Shown: piece after piece, positions 1 through 9,231 of the stretch
Layout: the number at the start of each line of letters is the position of its first letter
How positions within the stretch are numbered: the stretch's first letter is position 1
Source of the DNA: Telmatocola sphagniphila
GTDB lineage: Bacteria; Planctomycetota; Planctomycetia; Gemmatales; Gemmataceae
Assembly (NCBI RefSeq): GCF_018398935.1
Contig: NZ_CP074694.1
Span: 4,620,001 to 4,652,000 of the forward strand
DNA length: 32,000 nt
Reading direction: 5' to 3'
Notes under the pieces: generated by a model
Databases searched by the model: none
The model's input: the letters and a program-made list of their open reading frames with translations, nothing else
What the model was told of the DNA's origin: nothing
Program-made: the position numbers and the translations under genes

Positions 1-735
1 CTTATCCCAACGAAGATTTTCAACTCGACGAAACATATCTATGACCCAGCATCCTTTAACGTGCGGCTCCGTACTATAGCAATGCTCCAGGATCAGTTGG
101 TTATCACATTTCGATTGAATCAGTTCAGTTGCCAGTGCGGGTAATTGTGCAAAGGATCGTTCCAAATAAATCTGTTCCGCCAGTTCAACGACGCGGGCCG
201 ACTTCCACTCTTCTTGAACAGTCAGAGGAGTGAAGGGATTGCCGACGATGTCGCGCAAGAAGTCACATTGGAGCGCAAGCTCCCGCTTCGCCATCTTTTC
301 CCCAGCGGACTCCCGTACGGCGGCCACTGCCCAGCGACTCGCCTCGTACATAGCAGGTAAAAATGGAGTACGCATAGAATCATAGGCAGAGTCCACGCCG
401 CTTGTCAGGTCAGCACAGGAGCGGGCGATCAGTGCCTTGGGCGAAGTATTCGCATAACCGCCTAATTCAGCGAACCAATTTTCCATTTCAACGCCCACGG
501 CCAATAGTTGCGCGTACGTTGCCCGACCTTCTGAGAACTGTTCCACGCTCTGGATAGCTTTTAACCATCGAGGATCATCTACTATTGGCCCCAAGTGTCG
601 ACAGCACGCGCATCCCCAGAGCAGAAATTGATGATCGGTGGCTATCACGTAATTCAAAGGATCACCCGGTCCGCGCACACGATCTTTTGGCCCTCGAATA
701 TGATCGAGCATCGCACTCGGATCGGTGAATGCCAT
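1..735 (-). CDS. hypothetical protein, 3' end cut by the window edge (paralogous planctomycete/myxobacterial-type family with GNPF-P and H-KGCWV-D motifs)
   Basis: Manual minus-strand translation gives an ATG at 733-735 and 245 codons open to position 1 (checked triplet by triplet). Sequence reads MAFTDPSAMLDHIRG...LQCDFLRDIVGNPFTPLTVQ...EPHVKGCWVIDMFRRVENLRWDK. It is missing from the ORF track because it runs off the window. The family resemblance is from memory and is unverified. Confidence 0.6.
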   Translation of the reverse strand, partial: MAFTDPSAMLDHIRGPKDRVRGPGDPLNYVIATDHQFLLWGCACCRHLGPIVDDPRWLKAIQSVEQFSEGRATYAQLLAVGVEMENWFAELGGYANTSPKALIARSCADLTSGVDSAYDSMRTPFLPAMYEASRWAVAAVRESAGEKMAKRELALQCDFLRDIVGNPFTPLTVQEEWKSARVVELAEQIYLERSFAQLPALATELIQSKCDNQLILEHCYSTEPHVKGCWVIDMFRRVENLRWDK

Positions 736-869
736 CCATTCAGCCTCTTTCAATTTTCACCTGCTTAGTTTTAAAGATCGAAGTTACTTTAGCTGTTAGC
801 TCATGGATCCTGGGCAATTTTATTCCGCAATACAGCTTTGCTTATCGGGCAAAAATATTAATCCTTGGA

Positions 870-1650
870 ACAAAAAGCATTTTCACTACTGAGTACACCG
901 AGAACACGGAGAGTCTCTCGATTCTGGTAGCTAATCCTGGATGGGGTTGAAAATGCAATGCATTTTCAACAGCGAATTATGCAAATGTCTCAGATCGCCT
1001 CCCAAAAGAAAACACTCTCAGTGAACTCTGTGTTCTCTGTGGTAAACGATTTTATTCTCTTCTTCTCTGCGACCTCGGCGATCTCTGCGGTTAAATTCTT
1101 TCGCTATAAGTTGAACGGGGGACAGGCACCCCACCATTTTATCAAGCAATGTTTACCACCGAGAACACAGAGCACACGGAGAGTCTCTGGTTTCGGGGGC
1201 CTCATCCTGGATGGGGTTGAAAATGCAATGCATTTTCAACAGCGAATTATGCAAATGTCTCAGATCGCCTCCCAAAAGAAAACACTCTCAGTGAACTCTG
1301 TGTTCTCTGTGGTAAACGATTTTATTCGCTTCTTCTCTGCGACCTCGGCGATCTCTGCGGTTAAATTCTGTCGCTACAAGTTGAACGGGGGGACAGGCAC
1401 CACACCATTTTATCAAGCAATGTTTACCACCGAGAACACGGAGCACACGGAGAGTCTCTCGATTCTGGTAGCTCATCCTGAATGTGGTTGAAAATGCAAT
1501 GCATTTTCAACAGAGAATTGTGCAAATGTCTCAGCTCCCCTCCCAAAAGAAAACACTCTCAATGACCTCTGTGTTCTCTGTGGTAAACGATTTTATTCTC
1601 TTCTTCTCTGCGATCTCGGCGATCTCTGCGGCTAAATTCTGCCGTTAATA
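870..1650. repeat. tandem repeat array, about 2.9 units of 270/271 bp, each punctuated by a perfect 25-nt palindrome
   Basis: GTTGAAAATGCAATGCATTTTCAAC occurs at 946-970, 1216-1240 and 1487-1511. Units are near-identical (e.g. 940-1130 vs 1210-1400). An internal inverted repeat at 1026-1046 vs 1152-1172 is 20/21 complementary. Confidence 0.9.
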
Positions 1651-1655
1651 TCCCC

Positions 1656-2975
1656 CTACTTCGCCGCCACGCGCCAGATACAGTTCGAGGCATCATCTGC
1701 GACCAACAGCGCTCCATCCTTGGCGAACGTTACCCCCACCGGACGGCCATAAACCTCGTCTTCATTTGCAATAAATCCGGTGAGAAAATCTTCTGCCTGG
1801 CCACTCGGATGACCTTCCTTGAACGGCACAAAGGCTACCCGATAACCGACAAATTGCGAACGATTCCAGGAGCCGTGCTGGCCGATGAACGCTCCCTGGC
1901 TGTAATGTTTCGGGAAATGGTCCGAAGTGCAAAAAGTCAGACCCAACGAGGCCGTGTGCGAACCGAGCGAATAATCGGGGGTAAGTGCTTTTGCGATGAG
2001 ATCGGGACGTTCTCCCTTGCGGCGCGGGTCCTCATTGGCGCCGAAGTAACTATACGGCCAGCCGTAGAATCCCCCGGCTTTCACCTGCGTCAGATAATCG
2101 GGAACCAGTTCATCGCCCAACTCGTCGCGCTCGTTCACTACCGTCCAAAGCTTTCGCGTCTGCGGCTCCCAGGCGAGGCCGACCGGATTCCGCAAACCCC
2201 AGGCATAAACCCTCAGTTCAGTCCCATCCAGATTCATTTCCAGGATGTTCGCGCGTAATATTTCGTTTTGAGTGCCGTGCTCCCCCACATTACTGCCGGA
2301 TCCCACAGTCACAAAGAGCTTAGTTCCTTCCACATTGGGAACTACATTGCGAGTCCAGTGGTTGTTGTAACCGCCCGTGGGCAACGCGTGCACTTCCATC
2401 GGCTTTTCGCGAATTTCCGTCAGCCCTTCGGTGTATGCGACCCTCACCACGGCATCCATGCAACCGATGTAGAGAGTATTTTTGATCAGGGCCATGCCAA
2501 AAGGATTATTCAAATCCTTCATGAAAATATGCCGGGACTGCACGGACTTACCATCCGGAGAAGGCCGTAACAGGGTAATGCGGTTGGCGGATTCACCGGC
2601 GGCTTTCGATTGTTTCATACCCTCTTTCACTTTTTCCGGGGCCTGTTTTTTGGGAGGCGTCCGGGCCTCGGCCACCAGAATATCGCCGTTGGGTAATACA
2701 GTGATCCAGCGCGGGCTATCGAGTTTGTCGGCAAAGAGTGAAACCTCAAAGCCTTCCGGAGCCTTGGGCATCTTCCCTTCCGGCCAGCCAATTACCTTGG
2801 GATGTTTCGTCACGGACGGGGTAGCGAATGGCTTGGGCAAGCTCGGCGGTTGTTGGGCGAAAAGCAGAACCAGCATTAGCGAAGCGTTCACGGCAATTAC
2901 TCGATTTTTGGGGAAATAAAAAGGGCCGGGCGCGCTCGAAAGGCGCTGCGCAGTCCTGGGAACGCAGGTTATCAA
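1656..2975 (-). CDS. PQQ-dependent sugar (glucose/sorbosone) dehydrogenase family protein, secreted
   Basis: 439-aa ORF with beta-propeller motifs typical of soluble glucose/sorbosone dehydrogenases (GGYNNHWTRN, GLRNPVGLAWEP, NERDELGDELVPDYL, GGFYGWPYSY). A hydrophobic N-terminal segment is present. The exact start is uncertain. Confidence 0.75.
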   Translation of the reverse strand: MITCVPRTAQRLSSAPGPFYFPKNRVIAVNASLMLVLLFAQQPPSLPKPFATPSVTKHPKVIGWPEGKMPKAPEGFEVSLFADKLDSPRWITVLPNGDILVAEARTPPKKQAPEKVKEGMKQSKAAGESANRITLLRPSPDGKSVQSRHIFMKDLNNPFGMALIKNTLYIGCMDAVVRVAYTEGLTEIREKPMEVHALPTGGYNNHWTRNVVPNVEGTKLFVTVGSGSNVGEHGTQNEILRANILEMNLDGTELRVYAWGLRNPVGLAWEPQTRKLWTVVNERDELGDELVPDYLTQVKAGGFYGWPYSYFGANEDPRRKGERPDLIAKALTPDYSLGSHTASLGLTFCTSDHFPKHYSQGAFIGQHGSWNRSQFVGYRVAFVPFKEGHPSGQAEDFLTGFIANEDEVYGRPVGVTFAKDGALLVADDASNCIWRVAAK

Positions 2976-3048
2976 AACGCGGTTTCCAAGAACTCGCCGG
3001 AAAAGAATCAGCGGGTGACCTGGGAACCGCGTTTTAAAAACTTATCTG

Positions 3049-3648
3049 CTATTTACGGGAATTACTACGGCCGTTGTTGGAACTCATTTTCTTGCGGGCG
3101 GCCGCGCGCTGCGGGGTTTCTTCCTCTTCCTCTTCTTCTTCCTCCTCTTCCCCTTCGGCTTTTTCGGCTTCGACGTTGATGACCGTCTCAGCAAGCTCCG
3201 TCAACTTTTGATCGGCCTCCCCCTCTTCATCCAACGTCTGCTGCAAAAGGTTCGCGGCATCTTCATAACCCAGCAACGTAGCGAAGGTTCGAACGCAGCC
3301 GTAGCCGGCCATTTCGTAATGCTCGACTCGTTGCGCGGCGGCAATCAGCGCGGCGTCCTTGACCGAAGGATCCCCTTTTTCCGCCAGCACTTCGCTTCCT
3401 TCGGCTACCAGTCCTTCCATCGCCTGGCACTTCTTCCCTTTACCGGAGATTTCGAGTTCGCCGAAAATTGTTTCCAGACGTTCCACATGCCCGCGAGTGA
3501 CTTCGAGGTGTTCCTCAAAAGCATCCTTTAGTTCCTGGGCGGCCGCGGCCTTGGCCATCTTGGGCAGCGCTTTGAGCAACTGATTTTCCGCGTTATAAAG
3601 ATCCTTCAACTGATCGACAAAAAGATTATGAAGTGTGGAAAGAGCCAT
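3049..3648 (-). CDS. YciE/YciF-like ferritin-like protein (DUF892) with poly-Glu plus basic C-terminal tail
   Basis: MALSTLHNLFVDQLKDLYNAENQLLKALPKMAKAA...HLEVTRGHVERLE...EHYEMAGYG matches the DUF892/YciE pattern. I chose the internal ATG at 3646-3648, preceded by GGGAGAA. The longer track ORF (to 3855) would overlap the upstream gene. Confidence 0.75.
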   Translation of the reverse strand: MALSTLHNLFVDQLKDLYNAENQLLKALPKMAKAAAAQELKDAFEEHLEVTRGHVERLETIFGELEISGKGKKCQAMEGLVAEGSEVLAEKGDPSVKDAALIAAAQRVEHYEMAGYGCVRTFATLLGYEDAANLLQQTLDEEGEADQKLTELAETVINVEAEKAEGEEEEEEEEEEETPQRAAARKKMSSNNGRSNSRK

Positions 3649-3730
3649 GAATATTCTCCCGTGATACTTTTGAAAATCGTCGTTAACCCGAACTCTCGAG
3701 TGGAGAGAGCCTTTGCAATCTTCGTGCCAG

Positions 3731-4753
3731 CTAGCGTTGGTAGTTGGCGCCGAGCACCGGAACGGGATCGACATAGTTAGGGGTGACGGGATTGCTGCCG
3801 GGCGCGAGATGGGCCATATGCGTCGGCTTGACTTCGGTGCCGCGATGGGCCGCATGGACGCGTGTGAAGACCGCGCCGAACAGCACGATTTGAGAAGCGT
3901 AATAAACCCAGATTAGTATGATCACGAGCGAGCCGGCGGCCCCAAAACTCGAGGTGGTACTGGCCCGGCCCAGATACCAGCCGATGAGGAATTTACCGAG
4001 GCTGAATAGCCCGGCCGTCAGGAGCGCACCGATCCAGACATCGCGCCAGCCGATGTGCACATCGGGCAACCACTTGTAGATCATGGCGAAGAGCACCCCG
4101 AAGAGCAGAAAGGAGACGATCACATTCAGGTAACGCCAAAAGGTGGTCCCGCCGGGTAGGAGGGTGTTGAGTTCCGAACCGAGGGCCGCCAGAGTCGCGC
4201 TGGCAATCAACGAAACCAGGAGGAGAAATCCGGAGCCCAGCACCATACTCAGCGACAGAAAGCGCGCCCGGATCATTTCCCGGATTCCCAGCCCCGGTTT
4301 GGGTTTTACCCCCCAGACGGTGTTGAGCGCATCCTGCAATTGGCCGAAGACTCCCGCCGCGCCGAAAAGTAATGTGGCGATGCCGACAATGGTCATGCCG
4401 GCCCCTCGGCTCCCCTCGTTGGTCGCGAGGAGTTGTTCCACTGCCTGCGCAACGGGAGTGCCGACGGTGCTCCTTATCTCGCCGACCACCGCGCCCCGAG
4501 CCGCATCGGCTCCGAAAAGCAAGCTGGCCACGCCGATAACGATCAGCAACAACGGCGCTACCGAAAATACCGAATAGTAGGAAAGCGCCGCTCCCAATCG
4601 AGGAACTTTCGCGTCGCTCCAGACCGAGATCGATTCCCGGAAAATCGAATAAAGCGTTTTGAGGCTCATTTCAATTGGAATCGCAACTCCCGTGCCGACG
4701 ATATTCGCTTCCGATATCCGTTCCCGATGCTCTGGCACATCCTTTGCATTCAC
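3731..4753 (-). CDS. YihY/BrkB family inner-membrane protein
   Basis: 340-aa ORF with multiple TM segments and the family-typical AAALSYYSVFSVAPLLLIVIGVASLLFG motif. Confidence 0.8.
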   Translation of the reverse strand: MNAKDVPEHRERISEANIVGTGVAIPIEMSLKTLYSIFRESISVWSDAKVPRLGAALSYYSVFSVAPLLLIVIGVASLLFGADAARGAVVGEIRSTVGTPVAQAVEQLLATNEGSRGAGMTIVGIATLLFGAAGVFGQLQDALNTVWGVKPKPGLGIREMIRARFLSLSMVLGSGFLLLVSLIASATLAALGSELNTLLPGGTTFWRYLNVIVSFLLFGVLFAMIYKWLPDVHIGWRDVWIGALLTAGLFSLGKFLIGWYLGRASTTSSFGAAGSLVIILIWVYYASQIVLFGAVFTRVHAAHRGTEVKPTHMAHLAPGSNPVTPNYVDPVPVLGANYQR

Positions 4754-4798
4754 TCACCGCAGGAACTGCTTCTTAAGCCTGACGAGAAGAGGATTACT

Positions 4799-5080
4799 GT
4801 GAATGAGCAAGTCCTTCGAATCGAATATCACCTTGACTCCAACGGCCTTGAAGGGGACATCGACCCCCTTACGACCCAGGAGGCTTTCACCGAGGCGCTG
4901 CGGCAGAATTTTCCTTCGGCCTCGGTTGATGTGCATGTCCATGAAAAGACGCACCATTCACGGAAGATTTGTCCCCCGTCGAAAGTCGTTTTCCGAGGGG
5001 GGACCGAATTGACTGGAGATGAGGCGATAAACCACTTCAAAAAGGCCATTCAAAACGTTAAGCCGGCCTATTACGAATAA
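4799..5080 (+). CDS. small hypothetical protein (about 93 aa), start uncertain
   Basis: This is the 3' part of track ORF 4433-5080, lying outside the yihY-like gene. It reads protein-like (VNEQVLRIEYHLDSNGLEGDIDPLTTQEAFTEALRQNF...AINHFKKAIQNVKPAYYE). The candidate start is a GTG at 4799; the alternative ATG at 4727 would overlap the yihY start. No family recognised. Confidence 0.35.
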   Translation: MNEQVLRIEYHLDSNGLEGDIDPLTTQEAFTEALRQNFPSASVDVHVHEKTHHSRKICPPSKVVFRGGTELTGDEAINHFKKAIQNVKPAYYE

Positions 5081-5167
5081 GGATTTTTCATTTTCCGGCT
5101 TCCTCAAGGATTCAGAGGAACTCGGAAGACCTAAGAGCGTTTTTTGGATATGTAGGGAGGCTGCTGC

Positions 5168-8100
5168 ATGGATAACACCGATCTGAACCTGAACCCGGTC
5201 ACCTCTTCGCCCGCCCGCCGCCACACTTTGGGGCGAAAGCTGTTGATTGCGCTCTCTGTTGTAGTGATTATCATTGGCCTGCTCTATTTGGGATTACGCC
5301 TCTATTTGTCCTCTCCCGGTGCAGTGCGAATGGTGACTTCCAAACTGGAAGATACGCTCGGCGTGACGGTCCAGGTGAAGTCGGTTTCCGCCGGGTTTTC
5401 ATCATCCACGGTCGGCGGAATTGCCATCAGTGAAGAGGATGGAGCCAACAACGGCAAACCTTGGGCGACCGCTCAGGAGGTTTCCACCGATGTCTCGCTG
5501 GCGAGTCTGGCTCGCGGCGTGATGCCCAGCAGCGTGACGCTGAAACAAGCGGAAATTGTTTTGCGCTTCGATTCCAAAGGAGTCATGCTCACCAAGTTTC
5601 CCGAAGGCGCCAACACATCGACCACTTCCCCGTCCAAAAGCTCCTTCGCGATGCCCGCAATCCGAATTGAAAAAAGCCAACTGCGAATCGAACAGGAAGG
5701 ACATCCGACGGCCTTATTTGGCGGCGTCGATGGAGTGCTGAAATCGAATTCAGGAGCCCTCGTCCTGGAAGGCACCATGACCGATGAAAACTGGGGTCAG
5801 TGGAGACTGGCCCTGAATGTGGACATTGCTTCGCGTTCCGGAGAAGCCACGTTGCGCACATCCTCCGATGTGGAAGTCAGCGAGCAACTCCTGCGTTCGG
5901 TCCCGTTCATACCGGTCAACGTTTGGGATGCCGTGGTTTGGCGCGGACCTTCCTCGGTCGAGGTGCGCTTCGATTTAAAGCCGCAGTCGAAAACGTTCCA
6001 TTATGCTGTAACCGTCCACCCCAAAAATGCGGAGGTTCATGTTTCGGACATCGACTTAATCGCGCATCGGGTCACCGGACAGGTGGACGTGGAAGATGGC
6101 ATCGTCAACTTAAGTCAATTGAAAGGTCAGACTGCGCAAGGCGATCTGAATGTGGATGGCATTCTCGATTTTCAAAAGCAGCCAAATTCTTTGAAGGTCG
6201 GCGTCGATGCCAAAAATCTTCTGATCAAGGAACTTCCGGAGAATTGGGAAATCCAGAAGAAGGTCCCGGTGAAAGGCATCGGCGATGGCCGGCTGACGGG
6301 CCATGCCGATCTTCTCGTGAGCATCGGCAGCGAAGGAGTGACCACGGGCGGCTCTGGGACCGCCCAAGTGATTGTCCCGTCATTCGTCAGCGGACAGGAT
6401 TTGAAGATCGATTTACGACTGGCGCCTCGGGGCCGTCGCTATGAATTTGGCCAGAAATCCACTTCCTCAACTGGTACCGACCACCGGCCAGTGCCCCTGG
6501 CCTGGCTGCACACGCTGTTAATGCAGCCGCCTCAAACCCCAGCGCCAAGCCCGAGTACAAAAGAACCGCCGAAGGCGAAAGACGGGGAAGACAATTATCT
6601 CAATCTGAATTTTGCACTGCGCGATGTCGATCTGGGCGAGTTGGTTAACAAACTGGAAGTCGGCACGCCCTTTAAGATTGGCGGTCGAATTACTTTTCAG
6701 GTGAAGGCCGCGATTCCCACTAATCAAGCCAGCGATTTGAAAAGTTATCGCTTCACCGGCACGGCCGATCTTCCCGAATTGAAGATCGAAGACTTGACCT
6801 TGAAGGAAGTCAAAGCGGAAATTCGCTATCGGGACGGGCTACTGACGCTGACCAATTTCAGCGGACAGATGCCGGAAAAAATCGCCAGCAAAAACGGCGG
6901 TTCGTTCCAAGGTACTGCCAGTCTCGGTTTGATTCCCGCGGGCGATTTGAAGGCCGATCTTCAGTTACGACAACTACCCCTCGACCAGATGCTCGGTCTG
7001 TTCCCAGCCTTTGCTCAAGGAGCCGAAGGGAACTTCACGGGTCAATTCAATCTAGCCGCTCCGGCCGGTCAACTGCGCGACCCGTCCAAATGGTCCGGGC
7101 AGGCGAATCTGAATTCCGAACAGGCTAAAGCCCTGGGATTAACTTTTCACAAAGTTCAACTCGCGGCTCAACTTGCCGAGGGTGTCTTGAATTTGAAAAA
7201 TCTGAGCGGGGATATCGAAGAAGCCAATTTGAAAGCGACGGGAAATCTGCGCCTAGTCGATCAATATCCCTGGCAGGGACGCATTGAACTTCGCCATGCG
7301 GATCTGTCCGCTTTGAATAAGCTCTATCCCGATTTCCAACCCCCCGTTCAGCTTGCAGGGAAGCTGGAAGCACAATCCGATTTGAAAGGGACGCTGAACC
7401 CTCTGAATTATCAACTGACCGGTACCGGTTCGCTAGCTCAGTTGCAAATCGAAAAGTTTCCCGTCAATAAGATCGATTTCCACTGGAACGTCGATCCGAA
7501 TCAACTTCGGTTGACCGAGATTTCCTCGCAATTGTTCGCGGGCACCATTGCGGGAGAAGCGGCTATTCCTCTGAAGCCGGAGGCGGCGGGGACCATCGAT
7601 TTGAAATTGAAGAAAGTGAACTTGGGAAACCTTTCCCAAAGTGTGCCCACCACGGCGAACTTACGGCTGGAAGGACAGGCCGAGGGATTTCTCAAAGCTA
7701 CCGTTCATCCCGTTAAAAATCAGGAGCCGCGACAAACCGAGCTGGATGCGGATATTCGGGCGGATCACCTGAAAGTGAGAGGTATTGCCGCCGACAAGCT
7801 GCATGCCACCGCGAAACTGCAACGGAGTATTCTCCAATACAAGCTCGAAGCCGCGGCCCTGGGCGGGACCATCGAATTGGATGGCCGATATCCCCCGACA
7901 CCGGACGCCGAGACCAAAAAAGATCCCCAACAGCAAAGTCGATTGCAACTGCGCGGGCTACAACTCGCCCGGCTCTGGCCCGGCCTCGGTCTGAGCGATA
8001 CGCTGAAAGGTCTTAACGGCGATCTGTATCTCGATCTTCCTTTCAACATCGGTGCTTCCGGGGAACCAACCGGATCGGGCACGTTACGCTTGGATCGGCT

Positions 8101-9199
8101 GCGCTATCGGGGCCGGGAGCTCACGCCGCGCATCAACAGTCGCGTCCGCTTTGTCGAATCGATGATTCGCGTGGAGCAAATTGAAGCTCCCTTCGGTACC
8201 GGCTTCGTTCGCGGTCTGATCTTGATCAACTACCGGCAGTTCGATCAGAGCCGGGCGATCTTGTCGCTCCGCAATGTACCGGCGAAAAATCTGCTGTTTT
8301 TGGTCCCGGATCTGGCCGACCAGATTGATGCACCGCTCGATGCGGAAATCCGCACTTCACTTGGCTCGGAAATTCGAGGCAACGGCACGCTCAGTCTGAT
8401 GGCCGGAAAACTGATGGGCCAACGTGCCGGTTCGATTCGCCTGCCGTTGCAATGGGATTTTGTACCGGCGCAGCAGCGCGGCAGTTTTGCCGTTCGCGAT
8501 CTGAGCGGTGAGATCGCGCAGGGACGATTGAGCGGTTCCGCAAGTTATGAATTCTTTGGCCATTCCGGAGGCCGGGCAGAAGGAGAGATCAAATTCCGCA
8601 ACGTCAGTCTGCCATCTTTAACCCGCTCGGAAAATCTCGGCAGTCTCGGCGTGGGCAATGCCACTGGTCAATTTAGCTTCTCGGGTAGTGAGGTTCGATC
8701 GTTCGACGATCTAAAAGGTACGCTGACCTCGACACTGGGGCAGGCTCAGCTTTCCGAGATTCCGGTCTTGAAGGAAGTGTTACCTTTTCTCGGCCCTTCC
8801 GCTCGGGTGGCCGATAAACAGAGCGAAGTGAAAGCGACGTTATCTCGGGGTAACTGGCGAGTGGAAAAGCTGGCCCTGGTCGGCCAGAACTTGCAACTCT
8901 ACGGAACGGGTACGGTTTCCAATTCCGGCCGACTCAATCTGGCAATGACGGCCAACACCGGCCGGTTCGATATCAGCCCGCTGGCATTGCGAGCATTCGG
9001 TATTACACTGCCGACTACTGTGGGGCCTATCCCATTAGGGTTGATCGTTCAGCTATCGTCTTTCCTTTCGAATCGAACGGTGAATCTCGAAGTCACGGGC
9101 ACCCTCTCCCGGCCGAGCGTGCGCATCAAGCCGATCAGTCTGTTGACGGAGGAAGTCATACGTTTCTTTTTGAATCAGAACAACATCCCGTTGCCCTGA
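5168..9199 (+). CDS. AsmA/TamB-like giant envelope protein (N-terminal TM anchor, long beta-rich repeat body)
   Basis: 1343-aa ORF with GGGAGG 8 nt upstream of the ATG. It has one N-terminal TM helix (LLIALSVVVIIIGLLYLGLRLYL) and a repetitive body of the form L.G.A.G.L.L. The C-terminus (NLEVTGTLSRPSVRIKP) resembles the AsmA/TamB C-terminal GT(L)..P motif. Confidence 0.6.
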   Translation: MDNTDLNLNPVTSSPARRHTLGRKLLIALSVVVIIIGLLYLGLRLYLSSPGAVRMVTSKLEDTLGVTVQVKSVSAGFSSSTVGGIAISEEDGANNGKPWATAQEVSTDVSLASLARGVMPSSVTLKQAEIVLRFDSKGVMLTKFPEGANTSTTSPSKSSFAMPAIRIEKSQLRIEQEGHPTALFGGVDGVLKSNSGALVLEGTMTDENWGQWRLALNVDIASRSGEATLRTSSDVEVSEQLLRSVPFIPVNVWDAVVWRGPSSVEVRFDLKPQSKTFHYAVTVHPKNAEVHVSDIDLIAHRVTGQVDVEDGIVNLSQLKGQTAQGDLNVDGILDFQKQPNSLKVGVDAKNLLIKELPENWEIQKKVPVKGIGDGRLTGHADLLVSIGSEGVTTGGSGTAQVIVPSFVSGQDLKIDLRLAPRGRRYEFGQKSTSSTGTDHRPVPLAWLHTLLMQPPQTPAPSPSTKEPPKAKDGEDNYLNLNFALRDVDLGELVNKLEVGTPFKIGGRITFQVKAAIPTNQASDLKSYRFTGTADLPELKIEDLTLKEVKAEIRYRDGLLTLTNFSGQMPEKIASKNGGSFQGTASLGLIPAGDLKADLQLRQLPLDQMLGLFPAFAQGAEGNFTGQFNLAAPAGQLRDPSKWSGQANLNSEQAKALGLTFHKVQLAAQLAEGVLNLKNLSGDIEEANLKATGNLRLVDQYPWQGRIELRHADLSALNKLYPDFQPPVQLAGKLEAQSDLKGTLNPLNYQLTGTGSLAQLQIEKFPVNKIDFHWNVDPNQLRLTEISSQLFAGTIAGEAAIPLKPEAAGTIDLKLKKVNLGNLSQSVPTTANLRLEGQAEGFLKATVHPVKNQEPRQTELDADIRADHLKVRGIAADKLHATAKLQRSILQYKLEAAALGGTIELDGRYPPTPDAETKKDPQQQSRLQLRGLQLARLWPGLGLSDTLKGLNGDLYLDLPFNIGASGEPTGSGTLRLDRLRYRGRELTPRINSRVRFVESMIRVEQIEAPFGTGFVRGLILINYRQFDQSRAILSLRNVPAKNLLFLVPDLADQIDAPLDAEIRTSLGSEIRGNGTLSLMAGKLMGQRAGSIRLPLQWDFVPAQQRGSFAVRDLSGEIAQGRLSGSASYEFFGHSGGRAEGEIKFRNVSLPSLTRSENLGSLGVGNATGQFSFSGSEVRSFDDLKGTLTSTLGQAQLSEIPVLKEVLPFLGPSARVADKQSEVKATLSRGNWRVEKLALVGQNLQLYGTGTVSNSGRLNLAMTANTGRFDISPLALRAFGITLPTTVGPIPLGLIVQLSSFLSNRTVNLEVTGTLSRPSVRIKPISLLTEEVIRFFLNQNNIPLP

Positions 9200-9231
9200 T
9201 CTGCTCTGAGCCCGGACACGGAGGTATACCG

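Noticed and set aside
958-1491. 177-aa ORF (and the antisense 62-aa ORF 1288-1476) spanning the first repeat array, with an internally duplicated peptide MHFQQRIMQMSQIASQ...
   Set aside because: The ORF exists only because units 1-2 are spaced exactly 270 bp (90 codons) apart and happen to lack stops. The third unit is shifted by 1 nt and the frame closes. The same nucleotide motifs are read in different frames in the second array, and there is no RBS or family resemblance.
4433-4798. The 5' two-thirds of plus-strand ORF 4433-5080
   Set aside because: It lies antisense inside the yihY/BrkB-family gene and reads as an Arg/Ser-rich shadow. Only the part beyond the yihY start (from about 4799) is kept, as a low-confidence small CDS.
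5402-8563. Numerous 60-214-aa ORFs in other frames and strands inside the AsmA/TamB-like gene (e.g. 5800-6444 +, 7765-8082 -)
   Set aside because: They are embedded in a single uninterrupted 1343-codon frame with coherent repeat architecture. The alternative frames are Arg/Gly/Pro-rich shadows.
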